From the NCBI GenBank assembly GCA_964276515.1, contig OZ193909.1:6324001-6388000 (forward strand): a stretch of 64,000 bases of DNA, read 5' to 3'. Source of the DNA: Gordius albopunctatus (Eukaryota). The notes under the pieces were generated by a model. It ran no database searches. It was not told the origin of the DNA and was given only the letters and a program-made list of their open reading frames with translations. A program made the position numbers and the translations under genes. This document shows positions 1-12,228 of this stretch, in pieces (position 1 is the first letter of the stretch; each line of letters opens with the position of its first letter).

Positions 1-270
1 GCGCAAATTCGTCTACTTTTCGCCATAGTGTTGACTACATGTTTGCCTGTCCGAGCACAAACGTTGTGGGATAATCACAAAGATTCTATGACTGATGATA
101 TATTGCATCGATATCGTCATATGAGCAACGATCTAACGATACCATTCACCGACTCCATGTACAATGAAGCATTCGCCAATTTAAACATCAGCCATTTCGG
201 TATGCGGTCACCAAATCGAAATGCATCTGATTTTATCAATACTGATATGAATCGTGAACTATGTTTTAGT
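1..270 (+). mobile_element. Helitron RepHel fragment (region between Rep and PIF1 helicase domains)
   Basis: Translation IRLLFAIVLTTCLPVRAQTLWDNHKDSMTDDILHR resembles the 'LR.LF..IL..C.P.....LW......M..D' segment of Helitron RepHel proteins. Truncated. Confidence 0.7.
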
Positions 271-311
271 TTTGCCTCCCTCTGAATTCATTAAAAATTT
301 GTTTGAAAAGA

Positions 312-1125
312 TTAGTGTTGTAAATGAACGCGTTCAAATTTAAAAAAAAATTGATAAACGGCGTTCCTTTTTTGTGAACTTTGAACGTGAACGCATTTCT
401 TTTTTTGATGAACGCGTTCAAATTTAACGTTCGTTCAATTTTAAAACCCCTTTTTTATTTTTATTTATTTGAAAAATGATGTTAATCCGAATTTTGTAAC
501 AAAAAAGACTTATATCTTGAAATCAGTTGTTTTTCCTATTACCTATTCTGAAATACTTTTAAAATACCATAAGGTACAAAAGAAGATATGATTAAAGTTT
601 ATTAATTTGATATTATTAATTATATTTCAATTTATAGGTTAATATGGACAATCATATTATTATATCGTCGTCATCTTCAGATTCTGAATATTCAAAATCA
701 GCAGATGAATGAACATTACCATGGCCAAACATGATAATTTCATAAAGAACCGAATTTAATATTACTAAATCTAAAAAGGAATAAACTTTTAGTTTTATTG
801 AAAAAGGGTTTGAAACCCCTAGAATTGATAATGAAAGAACTGTCGATTCCGAAATATCATTTTTTGACGAGGAAGTAGAGGGCGGATTGGAGGATGATAT
901 CTTACCGCAATTTTTTGAAGCGAAGGACATTAAATGTTTTTAATAAATTTCCTGCTTAAGATTTGTTTATTAAGTATAATACTCAAATCCCCTACCAAGC
1001 GTTATTGCTTATTAGACGAAAATTTTGAAAAACAATTATTATTAAAAATTGATAAGAAATTTTTTTTATATTCGCTCTACGATATAAACCTATTATTTTT
1101 TATCATGGCTAATATATTGTGTTAA
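312..1125 (+). mobile_element. Degenerate hAT-like remnant
   Basis: TAGTGTTG start followed by repeated palindromic GAACGCGTTC subterminal motifs. Translation at about 985-1050 (PTKRYCLLDENFEKQLLLK) resembles the end of the hAT dimerization domain. No matching right end or TSD found. Confidence 0.45.
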
Positions 1126-2884
1126 AAAATATAAGACATTTGTTTATATTAAATTAAATTTAACTTTGATATGATGGAAATTATAAATATTGAGGTTAGA
1201 TATTTAATTAGGTGGCATGACACATAATAAATGACAATCGTAACAGCACCTTCATAATGAAAGAAGGAAGAGGAAAGGGAATAAAACATATCAGCTGATT
1301 CGCCTAAGTGTGCTCTTTCATATTCAATTTAAAAATTTAGATTTCATCCAATAATTTAAAAATTATAAGCGTTCAAAGTGGTGTCACCTACAGGTTACAC
1401 TGGTACCTCTCGGGTTAAGCTAATCTTCATTGATTTTGTGTATAAATTATTCTAATTATTTTTCACAGCTAATAATAGCTTAAGTCAGAATCCAGGGGTT
1501 AGGCCTACTAATTAGTTAGACAATCAAAATTACGGTATAAATCGTCTAATATACCGCAAACAACCATAAATCAAGCTAAATAGATTAACGATCCGTAGGA
1601 TTCGCTGATCTTGGATTGGAACGATCACATTTATCCGCCTAAAGATTAGTTTGTAGGATAGGGTACTCATGCAAGTCACACTAAAAAATCATTTAATACA
1701 CTGTCATTAACCCTCGAGAGTATTCCTGAAAATCCGAAACGCGAGAGCATTCGTGGGGTATATTTGGGATTAGTTTGTAGGGTAGGGTACTCATGCAAGT
1801 TACACTAAAAAAATCATTTAACACACTGTCATTAACTCGCAGTTCCGCAAACCCAATGTAAATTACTCAAAAAGAATGGTTTCTATAGTCTTGTCTCATT
1901 AATTCTTCTAATTAACACTGCAGGCATTGCTATTTTAAATGTCGCATAACAAAATATTCGTGTCGTAGTAATATATATGTAATGGAAATTAGTGCGAAAA
2001 CACGCACAAAAAGCTAAGAATGTGTAAGGATCTGGTCTGACGATACATTTATAATATTCAAAAAAATTTAAGTTAAAAAATAACTAATTCCAATCGATCT
2101 ACAAACAAGATTTTTAAATCTGATATTTCTCATTAAAAATTTTTTATTTTTCTATTTTAGGCGTTTTAATTATTTTACGATAGTTCTAAAGATTAAAATT
2201 CAACTATAAAACGTCATAGTTTCCATGTAAATCTATTATAAAACTTATGAGTATGTTACATAATTAAAAATTATTAACAATCGGGCATGATTTTTTAATT
2301 TCAGAATATTTTGTGAAATTAATACTGGCTCATTAATTTTTCCGGATGGGCTTAATGTGTTCTAATGTTATTGACGGAAGTTTTAAGGCTAAATGTTCCG
2401 AGGCATTCGGTGGATTTTTTTTTTGTTTTTCTCGAGATTAAAGTATAACTAAAATATGGCCCTTTGAGGTTTTTTAAAATATTACCCGAGTTTGTTATGT
2501 TATTAATATGAAATTGCATACGCACGGCACCGGAAACACCTAGAAACAAACCCTTATCTAGCATATTGCAATTTTTCAAGTGAGACATGCAATTAGCCCT
2601 TATGACAAATTTTTTTATATGATAACCCCCCCCCCCACCCTCATATGTATAGGCTTTTATGTTAAAAATGGAGTAGCTCGTCATGCAGATGGGGTTAATA
2701 ACGACTTTATTAATTATATAATATTATTTGAATCATTTAAAATTCTACCTTTAAAATTTAGTATGCATTTGGTAAATATGAGACGATTTTAATAACAAAT
2801 TTCACAAACACGGCACCGGAAACACCCACATACCCTTTACGATTAATCAAGCAAGCTGGAGAGCTAAAATTGATGCCTTATAAA

Positions 2885-3676
2885 TAGAGCTGTTAAAGTC
2901 CATCTATGATACGAACTAGTTCAAGTTCATAGTTCAATTTGAATAAAATCATTAGTTCAAGTTCATGTAAGAAAAAAATGCAACTAGTTCAAGTTAATAG
3001 TTCAATTTTACAAAAAAAACTAGTTAAAGTTCAGTTCATTTTTTAAAATATGATAAAGTTAAAATCTAATCCAATTGAGGAAATGATTCCCGAATTAAAA
3101 TTAGTTTTTTTGAATCCTATCCAAAATTTTAAATAAATTTCAGTTTATTATATATTTGAAAATCTAATTTAAGGAAATATTCATATATAACAAAAGCATC
3201 AACTATACAATGTTTAAAATCTTTATTACAAACAATATACAATTATAATATATAATAAAAATCATGTGAAAGTAGATGTGAATTGGACTTTAATAAAATA
3301 TTGTTCTCAAAATTATCATTTAATAAACAAGTACGTTTATCTCCAAATATAAGCTTTCCCAAACTGAAAAGCCTTTCAACTGGAGCACTAAATGGGAGGC
3401 AAACATTATATTTGATAAAAATTTGCTTTAGATTTGGAAATTCACCAAATGAGGTATTATTTAAACACTTGGCTTATAAATTTATTTTAAATAATATATT
3501 TGTGATGAACTAGTTACATTACATTGTATAGTTCAAGTTCAGAATTTGAAAAAAAACAACTAGTTCAAGTTCAATCTTAAATAAAAATGAACCAGTTCAA
3601 GTTCACATTTTTTGGAAGGTAACTAGTTCAGAAAAAAGTGAACTAGTTCAAAATGAACTAGCTCTTAACAACTCTA
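2885..3676 (-). mobile_element. Non-autonomous hAT element carrying a dimerization-domain remnant
   Basis: TIRs TAGAGCTGTTAA / TTAACAACTCTA. Perfect 8-bp TSD CTTATAAA (2877-2884, 3677-3684). Many AACTAGTTCA subterminal repeats. Minus strand at about 3290-3420 translates FIKYNVCLPFSAPVERLFSLGKLIFGDKRTCLLNDNFENNILLK. Confidence 0.9.
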
Positions 3677-3965
3677 CTTATAAATCAAGTTCCCCTTTTT
3701 ATAATTTCGTTAATTTTAAGTGCAATCTTTGCAAAGGAATGGGGGGGGACGCGTGAATATAAATTATAATTAGGAGTAGGACTGAATTTTTCGATTAAGG
3801 GGATGGAAAATCAAAGTTAAAATAACTTATTTAAAAAGTGAGACGCCCGAAGGACGTATTTTTGTATTTTTAAATTGATTAAACGGTAATTAAATGCTAT
3901 GCAATTTATGGTTTTATTACACATTCTTTATTTTATTATAATTTAATGCACAAATATTTAATTGA

Positions 3966-6900
3966 CTAGCTATCCAAATTGTCGCAATGTGCATCCGTTG
4001 AATTTCCTTCCGACAAACAACCATTAAAAATATTTTGAGATAGGCCATAGAGAACTGTAGTCCTATGCAAGAGATAAATAGTTCCTTTGAGGCCTCCAAT
4101 ATTGGCATGGAAAAATCGAACTAATTTCCAATAATCTTTTGTACGCTTCAACGCCTAATATTCAATATTTAAATTATCATACACTCCTTATAAATAAAAA
4201 TATATTTTTAATTATTATAGTAAATTTAAGTATCTGATGATTATCAAAAAAATTTAAACAAAATATCACATAAAAAGTGGCGTAAATATTTCATGAATAG
4301 TTCGCCCAAAATTTGCACCAATTTACACATTAGGATTTCTATTATGCTTATGATTAAGAGCTAAGTGCATATATTATAAAACAGGGCGATTAATTTAACT
4401 ATACTTAATTCAAAATTCGGATACTATACATATAAATTATACTACTGCAACTGGGACTACCTAGCTAAACAGTCTATTTCTAAAACAAGGTTCCAAATTT
4501 AAAATTAAAATAAGTCGGTCCATATGTGTCCACCCACGTCAATTAAAAATCTTAAACGTGACAAAAATATTGGAGATTCCTTAAAAAATAATAATAATCG
4601 ATATGACATTACCAAAGACATGGCAGTGACGTCTTTGGTCAACACCACAGCCCGACCTGCTGCCGTTGAGGTACGGCAAACGCGAGCCATTTCACACAGC
4701 AATTTAGGGTATAAAGAACGATTCATATTTCGTGTTCCTATTCGCTTGCCAAACGGGGCATCCGTTATGAAAATATCCACAGTTCCATCTCTCAGCGGTA
4801 ATCGCGTCGCGTCCCACTAAAGTCAATGCATATATTTAGAAAGTTGTATGAATTAAAGCAACGTATGAATATAATGAATAGTTTTTAGTGTTTAATAAAT
4901 TTTTTTTAAAGTAAGTCTTTATTAAATCGTATACAAAAAATTACATACACGACTAAAAAAAATATAAAAACGCGCTATAACTAAATGGATGGCATTGATC
5001 CGTGTATGGATATCGTGTTGGATTTAACGATCTCCATTGTGATCTTTCATTTCTTATAAATACCAACATTTCTATAAAAAAATTCATCGAAACCTTGCTT
5101 GATACAGTCAAAACGTAATGTAAATAAAGTTACTAATATCCGACGCAATTGCATGTTATTTTAATTTATTCACACAGCATTAATGTAATAAACTTGTGAT
5201 TCTTGGTAGATCGCAGAACCAAAATGAACCGAATTTTAAATAATAATAGTTATCACATTTAATAGTAAAAGGTGCAACCTAACGAATCGTAGATAATACT
5301 TATGTGCAATTCCATTAATATCTATTATAGCTATGTCTCTTTTCGTTTTTACTAGATAAGAAACAACAATGTTATCTTAGATATTTTGAAGCTTAGGTAA
5401 TAATATCAATTTCCCATAAAACTGGCAAGGGAGACAATCTTTGAGCCAGACATTACATAATAGATTTCAGGTCGAGGGCAGATTTAAAGTAAGGATCTAT
5501 TTTTCGAAATTTCGAGTTATTACAATACTATTTAATATTTAGAAAATATGGAAGGTTAAACATCAGTTTATAATTAGGATGAAAATCAAATAATGTAGAA
5601 CTTCCTCAGATTGGAATTTATTTCAGAGTTGTTCAATGCATAACGCCTATATTATTTACCCCAGTTATCAAAACGTACTTCGTTATTTGATCAAATCGTG
5701 TTTAGTAATACCTTACAAATAAGGGTTTGTCCCGTGATACCTAATAAATACTAACAATTCTAACTAATTATAAAAATATCCTTAATGTCAAACAAAGAAG
5801 TTGGAAGATGTACCATGAGGGGAAGCACATTGACAAAGGTTGAGGGACCGTAGGGTGTGGGCGGACAATTGGGTTCTTTCAACTTCGCCTCCAAGTGTTC
5901 CAAGTTAAGACGCGTTCTGAGCAAGGCTTTTTCGTGAGAATCTCCGCAAATGTAGGCACAGTCGGACCAGCATATTGAACCCTAGGGTTTTGGGAAAATA
6001 TGATAACATAAAAATACACCTTTAATCATTGAATACTCTAAAAAATGAGACGTTTAATTTAAGCACCAGCATATTATTTCAAAACTACTTATATATACAA
6101 TGACTTTCGGGACTTACTTCTAACTCGACATAAATATAATAAGGTTCATGTAAAAACGACAAAAAATCAAATGTTACAACTCAAATCAATAATATCCTTT
6201 AAATTAATATATTGAGCTAATCCACATCAAATTTAGGGAAAATGTAATGCAACATCCCTCAATCGTATTCATTGCCTAAAAAATGAAATATTTCCAGAAT
6301 TATGTTACTTTAATAATTGGATTTTAAAAATCGAGGTTATTTAGGCAAAAAAGAAAAATTTGACAAACACACTTCTATTGGTATGGAAGCACCTCCACAC
6401 AATGGATCACACACAATATCCCCGGTCGTTGGTTGGGCCAAACGTAGCAGATTATGGCATATGCTAGATTTTAGGGTAGTCGGGCCAAAGTGAGATATGT
6501 TTCGATCACTTAGGCATTTTATGGTTAGGGGTAGGCAAACTTGTACGAGCCCATGTCTGATGTTCAGGATCACTTCAATATCGTATTCCTACAGAGCATC
6601 GATAAAATTATACACAAAGTTCAATACAAAACGTGAAATCACCAAAAATATATGCATTTTCATTTAAATAATTGTGTTAAAAAATAATATAATATATATG
6701 TCTATATGTATATTGTGTTGCTTGCTAGATTTTTTGTAGTAACAATTAGCAATTAAACATATACAAAGTTATTAAGATAATTCTAGTTAGAAGGGGTATG
6801 CATTTTTTTTAAATGTTTCATATCTATATATGTACATATCTCATTTATTATTTAGTATATAATTTTGTTATTATTATTAATGTGACATTCAATGTATAAA

Positions 6901-9900
6901 AACTTTCCTATTAGTCATAGATTTTTACAAATGTTTAGCATAATAATTGTGATACAACCTACTAACATCAATGTGCAGAAAAAATGAGTAAATTTACTGT
7001 CATATCAGCTTTCCAGCCAAGCTTATCGTTTATGTGGCCACCCAAAATACAAGCAGCTTCTGTGGACTGAAAATTATGGTTTTCCCCAGTCCTATTGCAG
7101 GTAACTCTAAACTTAATGTTTGGTTTATCAACACCTTAAACAAAAATAATATTAAATTGTAACTAGTAAAAATAATGTGTATAATAACAAATAAAACTAA
7201 ATTAAACCATTTTGAATTTGATCAGGGGTGTCCTTTAGAGGTTTTATGTAGAGGGAGTAATGAGGACATTTTTGAGCTATAATTAATTTCAATTCTCCAT
7301 ATGCATGGCAAAAATAATTCCAATCAATGGTGTTAGTGATGGATTCTAAAAGCTGGTCCAATTTTTCCTTAATATAAAATTCAGCAAAACCTATATAATG
7401 AAAAATTTATTTCAGCTAATACATACTAGCACACACTAGACAGAGTAAATTGCTTGTCATATAATAAGACGATTTGATTTAAACTCATCGGAAATTAAAT
7501 TAAGTTAATAAAAAAGCCATGTTTGCTGCATTTTAACATGTAAATAATAAATAAACAAATAATGAAATATTAATAACTAAAGGATAAACTGATGAAAAAA
7601 AGGATTGGTACAAAAGAGTTTAAATAAACTGATATGCCATTAAGTGAAAATTAGCTAAGGCTAAATACCTAAGTCTAAAACGATTTTCAACATAAAAATT
7701 TATCAATTTATTCTTGTGTACATCCAAGCATACTTTTAAATTGCCCAAATAGCTATTAATTAGAGGTTGAAAATGATTATTAATATGATTATTTATTTAA
7801 AAAGGGAAAATTAATGCATATTCTTAAATCAAAAATTAGGAGTTGAGAAATATGAGGTACTTAAGATTCCTTTAAATTTAATTATGTAACTAAGGCATTA
7901 CACCAAGATATTTAAAAAAACTTGGCTTTAATTATTCATAATAATTATATAAAAAAGTATCTAAAATGGATTTAAAAAAACTAATTTGTTCTTGTAGCTT
8001 GATTGGGCTATCATAGCTTAGCTATAGCTATTAACAAATTTTTATATGGATATGTATATATATAGTCACCCATTTGATAATGTGTTTTAACCCGCGAGAG
8101 TATTTGTGGGGTATTTTAAAACTGCACGCAAATTATAAATTAAAATATAAAACACAATTTAAATCTAATAAGATTAGTCTTTTCAGTAGCTTAATATTTT
8201 ATCAAGAATTAGGTTAGGTGAAAATTTCATAGGTTTTGGCTTAATACTTTTAAAAATATAGAAGCTTTTTTGGCTCGTGGGGTTCTGTTTACCCCACAAA
8301 TGCTCTCACATAAGTTTATTTTGTTTGGAAAAATGTATGTATTTTTTTGTATGATGATATCTTTTACTATTTGTGTTTTTAATACATTTTGAACATTATT
8401 TTAATAAAAAAATCATATTTATTTTGATTTATTTCAAGGTATATGATGTCAAGAGGTAAAATGAGGGTAAGCTCTTAAATCGCCAAAATAAAAATGGGGG
8501 TCCAGAAAATTGTTAATAAACATGTTTAAAATTCAAAAAGTTTTAAAAGGAAACTATGAAAACTATAAAACGTTAAAAAGTGGAGTAAAGTTATACCCCA
8601 CAAATGCTCTCAAGCATGGGCGTAGCCAGCTTTCGGATCAGGGGGGGGCGAGCAAAAAAAATCGCCGAGACTTAGTGAGAGCAAAAAAAAAAAAAAGGTC
8701 GCCAAGACCTTTCTTTGGTATCTAACGTTAGTAATTAAAATATTTTGCTATTCTTTGGCCTCAACCCACATAAAAACTCATTATTAATCAACAGTACAGT
8801 GTACAGAGGATATGTAAACGATGTATGAAGGAACTAACACAAACGCAACTACTAATCTCAATATTTAATTCTTATATAATTTAAATTTGCGTCAAAAGTT
8901 CGTGAAATAAAATTTTCAACATAAAACTTAATTTCAATCAGGGGGGGGGGGGCGAAACACTAATTTTTTCCAATTTTTACATAAATTTAAATTAAAAAAT
9001 AGAAAAATTCTCATTCAGGGGGGGGGGGGGCGGCCGCCCCCCCCCCTGCCTACGCCCATGCTCTCAAGGGTTAAACAGTGAACTATTTGAACCACCCTGG
9101 CTAGCCAAAACAAAAAATTTATGTTAAATCTGAAGTTTGTTCAAAAAAGTTAAGAAATTCATTGTAGTGTATAATCTTTATTTTATAAATTATTTAAATT
9201 TAGTAAAAAATCCAAATATCAAATAAGTTACTAAATTGCTAAGATTAAAGCATAAATCCAATACAAAATATGATATAATCTCTAAAATATGATTCAAAAA
9301 TTAACAATTGTATAAAATTTGTCTAGACTTTAAAAAAATTTATCATAACCTTAAATTAAAATCATTTTATACAGTAATTTACTTTGGTTGTAATAAAATA
9401 AAAATTTGCCACATCACAGGTATATCCTTTTTAATAGTCATACTTAACACTCTAGCAATATACCAACTTTTATCATGTGCATATTTAAGCACTATTTTAA
9501 TTAAAGAACTTTTAAAACTTGGAATATAATTTTTTGAATGAATAAAAATTCAAAAAGGAGATAGAACACAATTTTATATAAATTAAAGCTTGATTTTAGG
9601 TATAGAATAAATGCTAAAAAAGACTTTGGACTTAATAATAAATGCTCGTGTAATATTAAACTTTTAATTCATACATGAGAAGTCTTTATTAATCATTTAA
9701 ACAGTTACTTTGCCATTAAGATCCAAAGCTTCTTGCGAATATACTAACAAAAATATGTTTTCTATTGATCTCATTTGTATTATCTAAAATTTTAGGAATG
9801 AGAACTTTAATATACCTCTACAATCTTTTCCAGTTGCATCTGAAATTTTAATCGGCCTTGCTTTACCACCGGATTATAGCCCAAGACGTCATGGCACTCT

Positions 9901-9962
9901 TTAGCCGACAAAATTTCAAACCCTGTAATTACAGTAGTTTCAAAATCGTAAAGCTCGCTCAT
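3966..9962 (-). CDS. THUMPD3: THUMP-domain tRNA (guanine-N2) methyltransferase, THUMPD3-like, about 431 aa
   Basis: Phase-consistent GT-AG exons 9962-9816, 9783-9709, 7367-7208, 7134-6998, 6588-6373, 5981-5814, 4816-4613, 4154-3966 (1296 nt). Motifs: TVITGFE, MRSIENIF, KFRVTCNRTGENHNFQSTEAA, GWKADMT, RNISHFGPTTLKSSI, SAM-binding DPLCGGASIPIE, WDATRLPLRDGTVDIFITDAPFGKRIG, EMARVC, NIGGL. Confidence 0.92.
4899..5047 (-). mobile_element. 5'-truncated 3' end of a CRE-like non-LTR retrotransposon, in a THUMPD3 intron
   Basis: Near-identical reverse complement of about 47872-48025. Encodes KITMEIVKSNTISIHGSMP*, then AATAAA and an A-rich tail. Confidence 0.65.
8091..9070. mobile_element. piggyBac-like MITE
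   Basis: TTAA on both sides (8087-8090, 9071-9074). Termini CCCGCGAGAGTATTTGTGGGGTA and TACCCCACAAATGCTCTCAAGGG. The right TIR is interrupted by a hAT MITE. Confidence 0.8.
8615..9060. mobile_element. hAT MITE, CATGGGCGTAG family
   Basis: TIRs CATGGGCGTAG / CTACGCCCATG. Perfect 8-bp TSD CTCTCAAG. Poly-G and poly-C subterminal tracts. Confidence 0.9.
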
Positions 9963-10051
9963 AGTTTAAAAATGCTTATATCCACATTCATGCATTGGGT
10001 TCCAAATAGGTACAGAAATCGAAATTTTAATTACCACACCACGGTTATAGG

Positions 10052-10398
10052 CAAAGACTAATAAAACCATAGACTGTCGAACTATGGGGAAAAAATACAT
10101 ACATACATAGACTGCCGAACAGCTGATTTTTACTATTAAAATTATTCAGACACCAAAATAGCTGCTATTTTGTAGGAAAGACTCAACAGCAGGTATATTT
10201 ATACTTCTCCACGATGAAATATTGAAGAAAATAAATAATGCTAATAGCTTAATTTATATATTTAAAAAAAATAAGTAAATTAGAACAATAAATTTTGCTG
10301 AATTCTATTCTTTGGTTACAATTTCCCACAAAATGCACTTGCTATATTTGCTGTAAAATTATCAGCTGTTCGGCAGTCTATGGTTTTATTAGTCTATG
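10052..10398. mobile_element. MITE with CA(A/T)AGACTAATAAAACCATAGACT TIRs (P- or hAT-like)
   Basis: TIRs of about 30 bp. Perfect 8-bp TSD GTTATAGG (10044-10051, 10399-10406). CANAG termini are typical of the P superfamily. Confidence 0.85.
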
Positions 10399-10827
10399 GT
10401 TATAGGTAAATGTATTGTATTGTGCCTTAAAATAAAATTAATATGGATTCTTAAATCTCATTAATTTGGGTGCCAAAGTCAAGATTAGAGAGAAATGGCC
10501 ATATTAAATGAAGAAAGGATCCACAATAAAAAAGCGAGATATAGACTTTATAAATGACTCTAGTCTTAAGCTCTGATGCCAACTTCTTGCGAGATCATAA
10601 ATTACTCAACGTAGATTAAGTCCATAGATCAGTTATAGCGACCAAGTTTAAGGTAAAAAGCCAAGTGTTACACTCAAAAAGTAAAAACAAGCGCAGCAAG
10701 ATATCCAAGGTCCAACGGATCCTCATGAAGTTAGACCATCTAACTAAATTTTACTTAAAATCTTTGAATTATTAAAATAAGACTAAGTCTTAAAATATAC
10801 TAATTTAGGAGGAAAAAGAAAAGAGAT

Positions 10828-12228
10828 CAGAGACCAGAAAGGCCCGGCCCGTTTTCGGGCGGGCCCGGGCGGGTACGCTGATAAGATTCGGGCAATTCAG
10901 GCATGCCCAAAATTTTATCAAATTAATCTTCCTTGAAAAAAAGATAAATTCGCTTATAAACAATTTTGGGCCATAATAAATTTGACTAGATTTTTTTCCA
11001 TCGCTTAAATCTTCATTGTACGTTTATATAATGTCCTAATTTCAATTTCTTCAAAATAAAATTTTATTTCGAATAAATTAGTTTAACTGGTTTGTCTCAA
11101 GATCAAAAATTTTAATTTTCAGATTATATTATAAAAGGATAAAATCACAACGATTTAAACTGCCATGGGCGTAGACAAGGGGGGGCAGGAAGGGGCAGCT
11201 GCCCCCCTCTAAACTCAAAAATTTGTTAAAATTTATTAAAATTATGGCTAAATTTTCAAAAAATGATCATTTTGCCCCTCCCTAAATCATTATTGCCCCC
11301 CTCTAATTTTAATGCTGGCTACGTCCATGTAAACTGCTACTCTAATCTAATACTAAAGAAACCATTTTACTCTCTGGTAGTAAATTATTTTATTACATTT
11401 TTATCGCGTTCAGTTAAATCTTTGCCCTACTCCATTATGGAAAGGATTGGATTATTTATATTTATGTAGTAGCCAAAGCCATTTTATTGTTCGCAATACA
11501 CTACACATGTGTGCCGTCTAGACTTAAAACAAAGGCTCATGCCATTTTCTAACAATGCGCATAATTGTAATTCATTTAATTTCTTAACAACTAAAAAAAC
11601 ACGGTGGAAAAATAAAGCAAACAAGTCACATTAAAGTTATTAAAAATTATAACTATTTTAGGTATCCTAAATTAGCAAGGTTTAAAAAAATACTCTTTGT
11701 CATCCCGGCGACGAGTGCTGCTAGTGAAAGAAGTTCTTCTATCGCAGTAGGATTAATAGAGGAAAGACGCACAAGATTATTCCCGGAAATTGTCGACGAT
11801 ATGAATAATAAAATATTGTCATCTTTGTTTGGATCAATATGCCATTGCTTATTTTGTAATAGTGGCTAAAGATTTTGGGATTGGATAATTTCGGGTCTAC
11901 CGGGAAAATTTTATTAATCAGGCCGGGCAGCTCGAATGGTTTGGGCATGGATGAGCCGACACTTAGAAGGGTTCAGGCGGGCAATTTAGTTAAAATTGGA
12001 CCGGGCCGGGTTCGGGCAGAAAAATTTAAACTACTCCGACCTCTTTTTGGGACCTCATAAATTCGGGACTAACGGGCAAATTTAATATTTTGGGCCCGGC
12101 AACTCGGGCAGCTTTAACAATTCGAGCGCGTCCAGTCAGACACTTAGATGGGTTCGGGCGGGCAATGAAGGTAAAAAATTTAGTCAGGCCGGGTTCGGGC
12201 AGAAAATTCCCAACAAATCTGACCTCTG
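10828..12228. mobile_element. Non-autonomous hAT-like element, 1.4 kb
   Basis: TIRs CAGAGACCAGA / TCTGACCTCTG. Perfect 8-bp TSD AAAGAGAT. GC-rich CGGGC(C)GGG subterminal repeats. Confidence 0.85.
11164..11329. mobile_element. hAT MITE, CATGGGCGTAG family, nested in the 10828-12228 element
   Basis: TIRs CATGGGCGTAG / CTACGTCCATG. Perfect TSD TAAACTGC. Nearly identical to 40343-40513. Confidence 0.9.
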
